Shown piece by piece: positions 53,938-64,000 of a DNA stretch of 64,000 bases. A program made the translations under genes and the position numbers. The DNA is taken from positions 22,444,001 through 22,508,000 of the forward strand of contig OX597834.1 in the NCBI GenBank assembly GCA_951406725.2. The letters are read 5' to 3'. Each line of letters begins with the position of its first letter. Position 1 is the stretch's first letter. The stretch comes from Octopus vulgaris. Lineage: Eukaryota. The notes beneath the pieces were generated by a model. The model saw nothing but the letters and a program-made list of their open reading frames with translations. It made no database searches and had not been told where the DNA came from.

Positions 53938-54159
53938 TATGAAGGGATGCTGAAAAGTTTCTGGCTTTAAGGGTATTGCAAAAGGCCTGGCTGGAGGTTC
54001 AACCTTCCGAGCTCTTTTACAGGGCTTAGAAAAACTGAAGGACCGCTGCAATAAGTGTGTGAATCTGAGATGGGAATACGTTGAATAAAATTGTAATTAA
54101 CCGATTCTCCTGTATTTTCTTTTTACCAAAGCCAGAAACTTTTCAGCACCTCCTTGTAC
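53938..54159. mobile_element. mariner-derived MITE (second copy)
   Basis: tatgaagggatgctgaaaagtttctggc / gccagaaacttttcagcacctccttgta. Confidence 0.7.
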
Positions 54160-54353
54160 ACCACCTCAAGGCTGGAGGCTGACCCTATAAACTGTCCTGA
54201 TATACTGTGTGTGATGAAATTCCATATATAAGCTTGGGAAAATGGACATTAAAATAATGATGATACCATTGTGATTCCTCTTCAGATAACAAACACCAAG
54301 ATTTATTGCAACAACATTGATTTGACATATAATATCATCGCTGACATATTTAC

Positions 54354-54493
54354 CTGTTTCCGGGCAATTCGTATCAGAGGAATGTATAAGCACGTCATTA
54401 TGGTCACTGGCAAGAATAGTTGAATGATAAACAGTATATTGGTATGTGCAAACCGGAATATGTTCTCATACCGACATGCTCCTACGTATTCTC
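54354..54493 (-). CDS. GPCR exon encoding ECL2-TM5
   Basis: Acceptor tttatttttcag|, donor |gtaaat; 140 nt, phase 1 in and phase 0 out, matching its neighbours. GEYVGACRYENIFRFAHTNILFIIQLFLPVTIMTCLYIPLIRIARKQ: ECL2 Cys, FxLPxxIMxxLY TM5 motif, IARKQ. Not in the ORF track. Confidence 0.88.
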
Positions 54494-54671
54494 CTGAAAA
54501 ATAAAACGAATTATATTTTCATGTTAATTTGAATTAATCCATTCTGTGAACTAATCATCTTCAAAAATTTATTTGCCAAAATACATGCATATACATATAA
54601 TATAATTTGATAAATAAAACATATGCATACATACATATATGTACATACCCACATCTATATGTATATATACA

Positions 54672-54719
<48 letters not shown>

Positions 54720-55555
54720 TACAGGACACCACAAATAAATGTAGAACACAACGATAAATAAAAACATAAAATCAAACAAGGAAACAGACTTTTTTTTACA
54801 ATGAAAAAACAGAGTACAAGACAAACAATACAAGGAATATTCCCCTTCATCAGCTGCCCCTGGTTCGACTCAATGCATGTATATATACATATAGATGTGG
54901 GTATGTACATATATGTATGTATGTATGCATATGTTTTATTTATTAAATTGTTATTATATGACTGAACGCCTCGCGTCGTTTCTTATTCTATATATATATA
55001 TATATATATAGAAGATGAAAGCAAATTGAACTGGGTTGGATTTAAACACAAAACATACAGCTACGTAACAAACATCAGTACATGGAACCTTATTTTATTT
55101 GAAAAATGAACACATTTTTTTCCAATGTTGTCCTGGATGTACTAAAAGGATTGGATGGTCACAAATGGAATGTCCTTTATCATAGTTCTCCTCAGACAAG
55201 CTGACCTGGGGCTTAAAACCACTGACAACAACACTATCACTATTATTGTCATAATCATCATCACTATCATCATTATCACCACCACTATCAACTATTATGA
55301 GCTAATGACAGAGCTTCAGCACAGTCTCTTTGATCTGCTAAAACAGCAGCTAAATTTTCCTCAAATCACACCCTACTATCCAAAATAAGGAAAAGATGCA
55401 TTAGACAGTAGGGTCCAAGATCCCCCTCACATGGCTGGAATGTCTTAAATCATAGCTCTGCCTGATTTGGGTTGACCTGGGGCTAAACAACAACCAGCAC
55501 CATTCCCACCTGGAAAACAGGTTATGAAAGAGAAAGAGCAGAGATGTTTACTTAC

Positions 55556-55780
55556 CTTCTGGTATGTGTATTGTATACAAGAGAATTATTGTTGTCTGAG
55601 TGGAGAGCCATATGAAAACAATGCAGACCAGGATCCGTTTCTCGTTGACATAGTTGTGGTATTTTAATGGGTGAACAACAGCAATGTATCGGATCACAGT
55701 GATACAGACAAGATGGTAAGAGGATCCCAAGTCCAAGGCAAGCACTTCAGTCAATAGAAACTGACAGAGAGACCAGGCTC
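55556..55780 (-). CDS. Rhodopsin-family (class A) GPCR, exon encoding TM3-ICL2-TM4
   Basis: Acceptor ...ccccctattgcag| and donor |gtaagt; 225 nt, phase 1-1. Translates AWSLCQFLLTEVLALDLGSSYHLVCITVIRYIAVVHPLKYHNYVNEKRILVCIVFIWLSTQTTIILLYTIHIPE: TM3 Cys, xRY-I-A-V-x-HPLxY ICL2 signature, TM4 Trp. Confidence 0.9.
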
Positions 55781-55939
55781 CTGCAATAGGGGGAATACAA
55801 AAACATATACATACATATATTAAGGTTGGCTGAATATCACCTGATGAAATGGAGTGGTTATGCAACAAAGTACATTACATTGTGCAACAAAGTATACATT
55901 ACATGGTGCTCCTTTGGCATGTGATCTACAACTTTAGGT

Positions 55940-56710
55940 TTCTTTTTAAATTATTTTGAACATACTTAGCATTGGAAATGTATTCTTCCAAAATTATTAT
56001 TATTTTAATAATAAAAAAAAGAAACATATAATAATTAAAATAAGCACGTAAATCACCCACCAAAGTAAATTTGCTCACAGAGATCACATGATCAACAAGT
56101 TATTCTGAGCAACTTTAACTCTTCTTTGACAAGTTCTTTACACAACATTCCAATCATTGCTGCAAAGAGTTTATTTAATCAATAAATCCACCTTTCAGAA
56201 TTTTATCCTTTTAGCAGTACAAGCGTCCATATAATGGAATCTAGATTCATCTTCCTCTTTATGGTAGTTGAACTCTCGTAAAATATACAGTAAGTGAAAC
56301 CTGATCCATTCATGTCTTTCACTACATGTCCTTCAAACTGAAGTTTGTTTTTTTATTTTAATTTTTGTAACCAGTAAAAATTCTTTTTCACACAATTAAA
56401 AATGCTAAGTATTATCACCTTCAAGACAACCATAATATTCATGCAAAATAATGAAGCCCTCACACTCAGCAAAGAAAACTACAGAAATCTGCAACAGTTA
56501 AGCTTCTGTAGACTTCAGGCCTGCCTGTTCCCTCGACTTAAAACCCAAGAGAAAACTTGTGGAGTATTCTAAACAATGATTTTATGAGAATGGATGCCAA
56601 TTTAGGAGCAAGGATGAATTGCGGCAGGCAGTTGTGGATGTATCACGTGGTATACCATCAGAGGAGATCCAGAAATTAGCATGTTCCAACTTATTTCAAA
56701 AACTAAGGCT
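55940..56710 (+). pseudogene. Heavily decayed Tc1/mariner-superfamily relic
   Basis: 56517-56570 resembles [15 protein letters not shown] (gcctgcctgttccctcgacttaaaacccaagagaaaacttgtgg); QDN..IH-like stretch at ~56420. Boundaries approximate. Confidence 0.55.
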
Positions 56711-59283
56711 CATATACCCCTTATCAACCAGCTCACCAATTTTTTTTGAACGCTGTTTATTTCTATTTCTTCCATGATTGTGACTGTATGTTTTCATTTC
56801 GTATACATCAAGCAATTAAATTGATATTTTCTTGTTTTCATGAGTTTTAATTAGACCTCACTAATAATTTGAAACGGTGACAATTGGCCATAGTTTCTGT
56901 GTTGTTTTACAAAACCTCAGAGATTGGAAGTAGTCGATGAAACCCTCTGGCTCGTCTGTCTGTTTTGGACTATAAAACCCATGCCAGTATGGAAAAAGAG
57001 GTGTTAGATGTTAGTAGATGATGATGAGGAGGATATTTTTTAAAAAATGAAGAATGATTTTCCTTATAATTATTTTCCACTTTATTGATTTGGTGTTTAC
57101 AAATTGTTTAAACATCTGATAATTTGTCAACATCAAGTTATTAAAGTAGGAAATAATCAACAGAAAAATCACTCTTCTTCACCTTTTCAAATATACAAAA
57201 CTGTGCCAAGTTTTTTTCTATTTCTATTAAAAACACACACACACACACAAATGTATGCATGTGTATATATATGTGTGTGTGTAATCATATCTTATAAATG
57301 TATATATATATATATATAAATATATATCCCACTCCTCCAACCTACCCAACCACACACATTTCTCTCTCTTTCTCTCCCTCTCTCACATCTTTCTTCTGTC
57401 TACCATATCATTATTACTATTCTGATACTCTTCACTTTTATCGGCTGCATGGTCAGTCATCTCCTACTCTCCCCTGCCTACCTCCAACTCATGTTTTGTT
57501 CTGGCCCCTTCATCCCATAACATAAATTAGGTGAGAAGGAGTCAAAACAGAACAGGGTTATTGCTGTGGAAGAGCTACATGGTGACACAGATTACAGAAG
57601 AGAGAGAATGGAAGTAACTGGGGCAGAAGTGAAAAGAGGTAAAAAAAATAGTGGTGATGAGAGATCAGGATGGAGCCCTAGGGTTCAAGGTGAGCAGAAG
57701 GGTGTGGGGACAGAACAGGGGATGTGTATGGTGCTGGTATGCTCACATCTCTGTAACTTAGTGGTTCAGCAAAAGCGACTGATGGAATAAGTCCCAGGCT
57801 TTAAAAAAATAAGTACTGGGGTTGATTTATTAGACAAAAAATTCTTCAAGGTGGCGCCCCAGCATGGCCACAGTCTCATGAATGAAACAAGTAAAAGATA
57901 AAAGATTGCTGGATTAAAAATTTTGGGTTTTATTTTAAAGATTGAAAACAGTCCTTTTTAATTTTAGTTTTCTGAGGGGACATTCTCATTTTTTCCCCTA
58001 AATCCTATCATTTTTGAAAAGAAATGGGCACATTGGATGGCATGGTCCAGTATAGCCTTGAAAAGGCAGGATGGCCACGATTGGAATGACTTTGGTCGCA
58101 GGTGAATATAGAATTAGGGTCCGGGCTAAACAATGACAATACATAACGAATTACACATTAGACAATGTGGTCCTGGATTCAAAATGATGACAGCTTTGAT
58201 CACAGGTATGCTCAATAATGACTGACCCAGGGCTAAACAACAGCAACAATAACAACAGCAACAACGATAATGATGGAACATATCAGTATGCATAAATGTG
58301 TTGGTTCAGCTGGGAAAGACATGAGCTGATCTTATATGATAAATAGTTGCAGGAAAATTAACAGCAAACGATGATAAGCTCTTCATCAAAATATCGTTTA
58401 ACAGATATTTTCAGCCACATAATAGATCATTACTGTTTTAGGGGATGGGTGGAGAGACAGAGAGACAGAGAGACAGACAGAGTTAGAGATAGTGGTAGAG
58501 AGAGTGAGGGGGGTGAGGAAAACACTATAATGCTAATAATAAAATGAAAAATAATTTAAGAGAAGCCTAGCAGAAGGTGAAAAAAGAAAGAAAAAAATAA
58601 CAAAAAAAGAAAGAAAAAATAAGAAAAAGAAGGAAAAAATAAGAAAAAGAAAGAGAAAGCTATAAGTCACTTGAAATGAAAACAATGAACAAATAATAAA
58701 GAAATATAGAAAACACCTCCACAAGGCCATTTGAACTGTGATTTAAGCCCTTAATATACAGGTCGTTCGTTATTTGTGTGCAGAGTGGCAGTTTCTATAT
58801 AAACAGATGATAAGTTATTGAAGTGAGGCAGCAAATGATTGTCTCCACTTGAAATGTTTCTTCCTGTGTTTAAAGATGAAGTTTCACATCTGTCTCTCAC
58901 GACCAGGGCCACTTGTCACTGAACAAACACAACCTTGGTTGCATGAGGTAATAAAAACGTACAACTTTGATTTGTTGTAGAGAAAACTAAAGTAATTCTA
59001 GCGATATTTTGAAATTGTTTTCAAGAACGAAGATGTGTTCTACAGCAACGATCCAAATAATTGATTCATTTATTATTGAAGTACCATCGAGTGCGAGTAT
59101 TTCCCCACTAGGAATTGCCCTCTCAGAAAAAAACAAAAACAAAAAAAAAAACAATGATAATAGAAATAAACTCTAACTCATTAGCTTTTAAAACAGCCAT
59201 ATCCAGCCAAAATATTCTGCCTGTGTTATGTTTAACTCTGTCATGTTCAGCACTGGATTAACCATTGAGCAAAATAAGCATAT

Positions 59284-59446
59284 AGGCACAGGAGTGGCTG
59301 TGTGGTAAGTAGCTTGCTTACCAACCACATGGTTCCGGGTTCAGTCCCATTGTGTGGCACCTTGGGCAAATGTCTTCAACTATAGCCTCAGGCCGACCAA
59401 AGCCTTGTGAGTGGATTTGGTCGATGGAAACTGAAAGAAGCCCGTC

Positions 59447-59494
<48 letters not shown>

Positions 59495-59712
59495 TTGTGT
59501 ATCTGTGTTTGTCTCCCTAGCATTGCTTGACAACCGATGCTGGTGTGTTTACATCCCCGTCACTTAACGGTTCGGCAAAAGAAACCGATAGAATAAGTAC
59601 TAAGCTTACAAAGAGTAAGTCCTGGGGTCGATTTGCTCGACTAAAGGCGGTGCTCCGGCATGGCCGCAGTCAAATAACTGAAACAAGTAAAAGAGTAAAA
59701 AGAGTAAAGAGT
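59284..59712 (+). mobile_element. tRNA-derived SINE, family C
   Basis: Full-length with (aaaagagt)n tail. Other copies: 18640-18810, 31150-31500(-), 30640-30810(-), 36463-36660, 57740-57905, 61800-61935(-). Confidence 0.85.
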
Positions 59713-60196
59713 AATGATACATAGAAATAAACTCTAACTCATTAGCTTTTAAAACAGCCATATCCAGCCAAAATATTCTGCCTGTTTTATGTTTAACTCT
59801 CATGCTCAGCACTGGATTAACCATTAAGCAAAATAAGCATGTGCTTAGGGCATCAAAGGAAGGAGGGGGAGCACCACAGAAATGGTAAATGGTTTATGGC
59901 ACAAAAGAAATCACTTTAAACTTGTTAAAATAATATTCTGGATGCCTTTACATCTACTAAGTATAGATGCAGATGTGTTACCTAAGATTAATTTTGAGGG
60001 TCTAATCAAAGACTTTGCAATTCAAAAAAAGAAGAGGAAACTTTGCAAATATAAATAAAGAGGAAGTATACAAAAATAAGCATTATTTTCCCTCTTCCTG
60101 TTTTTGTTTCATTTTGGAAAATAAAAATTTATTTTATGGTTTGTTATTGTTTCTATTTTGAAACTATATAATCTTTTATAGGGGCACCAAAACCTT

Positions 60197-60413
60197 TTAA
60201 CCCTTTAGTGTTCAGATTATTCTATCAAACATAATGCTTATTGATTCACATTGATTTGAATTAATCATGCATTATCTCATATCTTCAAGATCTTGATGGT
60301 GTAATTACTTAATGTAGAATAACATTGTAGGGTAGGTGTGAGGGCCTGGATCTGGTCACTTTGAACATAAAACAGATTAGCTATTTTGGCCGGTTTAAAT
60401 ACTAAAGGGTTAA
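60197..60413. mobile_element. piggyBac-like MITE, family 1
   Basis: ttaaccctttag...ctaaagggttaa; reverse-complement homolog of 21521-21747. Confidence 0.75.
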
Positions 60414-62506
60414 GTACTTAGAGCCTTGATGGGTCTTAATCTAGCCCTGGTCATGCTGTATTCCTAGCAGGAATAGGTTACAAATCATCTTCGGCTGGAT
60501 TCCCTGTAAAGCAGTAATGAGCAATACACATAGAAAAAGATGATGAACTGATTCTGCCAATTAGTTTGCCCACAATTGTTATTCTTGAGCTCTATATGCG
60601 GCCATTTAATTTTCTGCTCAGGAGTCCAGTGGGAGGGTAAAGGTAGACACAGGAGCCCAGGTCTGAAAGAGTTAAATTGGCCAGATTCAGCCTCTCACTC
60701 ACTCTCTCTCCCATCTTTCCTCTGTCTACCGTATCATTACTATTCTGATACTCTTCACTTTTTTCGTCTGCATGGTCAGTCATCTCCTACTCTCCCCTGC
60801 CTACTTCCAACTCATATGTATAACAGGCCACCCCAAACCCTCAGTCCACCACTCACTGCATCGACCCTTCAACCCAGCCTGATCTCTACAGTTGTCACCT
60901 ACTCTTCCCAACCTTCCCTAAACTTGTTCATCATTTATTATACTCACCCCTCAACCCTTACTATGTTATTCTAAAAGTAGGCAATCACATTAGTGAAAAC
61001 TCAAAGCTACAAGATAATGCTTGATTAATTCAAAACATTGTGAATAAATAAGCATTACATTTGACAGAGTAATCTGAATGCTAAATGGTCAAACTAGTAT
61101 ACCCATTTTTTTAGCCAAGAGAGAAAGCAGTGTGCATGATTTATTACTAGGCTTCTGTGACTGGATTGATGCAATAAAATGTCCAACTCTGATTAGTTTT
61201 AGAGAAGCTAAAGTTATTCTAGTGATATTTTGTATTGTTTTAAAGAATGAGGATTTGTTATATGGCAACAACTAAAGTATTGTTTTATGTAGCATTGCAG
61301 TTCTATTGGGAACAAGAACTGCCACACTGGGAATTGCTCTCTGAAGACAGTTCTACTCATTCATCACTTCAGGCAGCTTACCCAGACCAAAACAACACGT
61401 TCTCTCCAAGCGTTCCTGTCTTCCACAACATAAATACACCAACACCAGTTGTCAAGAGGTTGTCACACACACACACACAATTGAAAGTACATAGTACAAT
61501 TATTCTATTGGTCTCTCTTGTACGTACGTACATACATACATACATACATACACACACACATACATACATACATAATTAAGGCGATGAGCTGGCAGAATTG
61601 TTAGCACACCGGGTGAAATGCTTAGCAGTATTTCGTCTGTCTTTATGTTCTGAGTTCAAATTCCACCAAGGTCAACTTTGCCTTTCATCCTTTTGAGGTC
61701 AATAAATCAAGTACTAGTTATGTACTGGGGTCAATCTAATTGACTAGCCTCCACCCCAAAATTTTCAGGGCTTGTGCATAGAGTAGAAAAAAAAATATTT
61801 CCGTTTCCATCTACCAAATCCACTCACAAGGCTTTGGTTGATCCAAGGCTAATATTAGAAGACATTTGCCCAAGGTGCCATGCAGTGGGACTGAGCCTGG
61901 AACCATATGGTTGGCAAGCAAACTTCTTATCACATAGCTATGTCTTTGGTTTCCCAAATCCCAGGTATGGGTGCTAAACCAGGAAATGAATTAAGCCTGT
62001 TAATCTAAGTAGGTTAGATTGGGGTGGGAGCTAGTCAATTAGATCGACCCTAGTACATAACTGGTACTTGATTTATTGACCCCAAAAGGATGAAAGGCAA
62101 AGTCGACCTCGGTGGAATTTGAACTCAGAACATAAAGACAGACGAAATACTGCTAAGCATTTCACCTGGCGTGCTAACAATTAAAGTCAGAAGGGTTAGA
62201 ATTCAGAATGCAAAGAGCCAGAATAAATACCACAAGGCACCTTATCCAATGTTCTCACAGTTTCACCATTCCCCCTCCCACCCCATGGTGGCATTTTGTA
62301 TTATCAACTTTGAAAGGATGAAGGCACAAAGTTGACTTGGGTGGAATTTGAACTCAGAGCACCAAGCATCAGAATAAATACCACGAAGCATTCTATTTGT
62401 TGCTCTACTGACTCTATAAATTCACCATCTCTTACTCAATAAACACTTTTAATTGGTACTACGTTAGTTATGACAATGAGGGTTCCAGTTCATCCAATTA
62501 AGCCTT

Positions 62507-62730
62507 TAAACCCTTTCGTTACCGTATTTATTTTGAGATGCTCTGTGTTTCAATCAATTAATTTTAAATATAACAAAGAATTTAGTAAAGTAACTTAGTC
62601 ATCATTAAGCTAGTGTTGGGAACATAAATTGTGACTAAGGTTTGGTGGAAGAATTTAATTCAATACTTATGGAAACATGACATTTGTACTACAGAGCCAG
62701 TTTCAGCTGGGTTGGTAACGAAAGGGTTAA
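62507..62730. mobile_element. piggyBac-like MITE, family 2
   Basis: ccctttcgttacc...ggtaacgaaagggttaa. Many diverged relatives, e.g. 15577-15803, 21296-21524, 27546-27775, 28460-28690, 30407-30637, 39180-39347. Confidence 0.7.
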
Positions 62731-62854
62731 AGTCAGGTATAAATAGCAAGTCTTTTCATGCAGGATGCAAAACAAGGAAAAAAAAATACAAGATTTTTAA
62801 TTAAATCTTAATTACTATTTATGACTCTATTTCAATAATTCTTGTGTGTATGGA

Positions 62855-63112
62855 ACAGCCTGCTCATGAAATTAACGTGCAAATGGCTGAGCACCCCACA
62901 GACAGGCATACCTTTAACATAACTCTCAGGAAAATTCACTATGACACTGAATGCGACAAGGCTGGCCCTTTGAAATACAGGCACAACTCATTTCTGCTGA
63001 CCTGGAGCAATGTGAAGTAAAGTGTCTTGCTGAAGGATACAACACACCACCAGGTATTGAACTCACAACCTTACAATCATGAGCTGAATACCCTAACCAT
63101 TTAGCCATGCAT
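62855..63112 (-). mobile_element. tRNA-derived SINE, family D
   Basis: Minus-strand head atgcatggctaaatggttagggtattc...gagttcaatacc. Relatives at 20388-20910 and 30830-31050(-); related heads at 14510-14600 and 23985-24110. Confidence 0.7.
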
Positions 63113-63129
63113 CTTTGCACCTCAGTAAA

Positions 63130-63560
63130 GATTGCAGTTTGTGCTAATGAAGACCTCTCTAACCCATATTTGTATTACACCTGGTGTACCCCAAGGTTCA
63201 CTACTAACCCCTACTCTCTTCCTTCCATATATCGATGGCCTATTCGTTGTCATTCCTTTGACCCTTTACTCCTCCTTAACCTTATTCACACAGCAGTCAT
63301 TCAAATACAATTTAAACACCTTATGCCAGGACATACTCTAAATCCAAGAACATCTTCCCATGGCGGACAGAACATCCGAGTTTCTTTTAACAAGGAAGCA
63401 AGTCTTGTGGTTCACACTCTCTAATAATCAGGAACAACCTACAATAAAACCATCTGAAAAGACCTCGGAATCCTCAATGATCCTTCATGGAGATCCCTCC
63501 TACGTAAGATACCCAAAACTACAGTAAAATGATCTAAAGTCCGGAATCACTTCTGACTGG
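63130..63560 (+). pseudogene. Decayed LINE RT fragment
   Basis: ITPGVPQGSLLTPTLFLPYIDGL motif in ORF 63132-63341; KDLG-like remnant at ~63460. Confidence 0.6.
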
Positions 63561-63596
63561 ATCTCCTGCTACACTTCAACAAACCCTAGAAACCAT

Positions 63597-63757
63597 TCAC
63601 ATTGAAGCATCACTCACATTCAAGTACCACTCACACAGAAATAATATTCACACTAGAGTACAACTCACACTGAAGTACCACTCACACTGGAGTATCACTC
63701 ACACTGAAGACTACTCCTACTGGAGTATCACTCACATACTGGAGTGTTACTCATATC
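63597..63757. repeat. 17-bp minisatellite
   Basis: About 9 degenerate copies of cactcacactggagtat. Confidence 0.8.
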
Positions 63758-64000
63758 TATGAGACAGTGCTGCTCTTACAATCATTAACATCCAAATCCA
63801 AGACTGAATCCAAATGACGTCTATTGAAGTAATTAGAAACGATCTAATCCTCAACAGACCTCAGTCTCTGACAACCACTAACAACAACAATAGCCTCTGC
63901 TGCTCGGAACTATCAACTCTCTACTTTTCCTCTTCCAAGCCCCAGTCACCCATCCAGTTCTCGTCTCTCTCTCTCTCTCTCTGGTCATTCACACTGTATC

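Noticed and set aside
58533-58730. Hydrophobic minus-strand ORF as a GPCR TM1 or signal exon
   Set aside because: Mostly a low-complexity A-rich tract; no GN or LAxxD motif and no phase-compatible strong splice sites.
61378-61460. Minus-strand segment ending in gtaag as an upstream GPCR exon
   Set aside because: Made of a SINE fragment and a LINE-tail-like stretch; no acceptor or TM1/TM2 signature.

Overview
AT-rich eukaryotic DNA packed with (TA)n/(CA)n microsatellites, tRNA-derived SINEs, MITEs and LINE fragments. The repeat landscape looks like a coleoid cephalopod (Octopus-like); this is inferred, not proven. Nearly all ORFs in the supplied track are microsatellite or satellite artefacts. 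Genic signal: (i) four phase-consistent minus-strand exons (55556-55780, 54354-54493, 52057-52235, 35141-35291) that splice into TM3-TM7 plus C-tail of a rhodopsin-family GPCR with non-canonical IRY and NVFVY motifs; (ii) a probable terminal coding exon of a + strand gene at 5505-5657. The 16.8-kb last GPCR intron holds the most unusual structures. One is a 9.6-kb array of ~168/171-bp satellite that is the tandemly amplified right end (TIR plus a few bases of flank) of a Tc2/pogo-like DNA transposon whose left TIR survives at 40860. Another is a ~1.05-kb nested palindrome of six alternating tRNA-like units, each followed by an oligo-T run. A third is a triplicated splice-donor block that creates two potential in-frame 36-nt micro-exons. 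Also present: a 5'-truncated CR1-like LINE, a BovB-like RTE with TSD, a full-length decayed IR/DR Tc1 element, and Penelope-type hairpins with hammerhead-like motifs.
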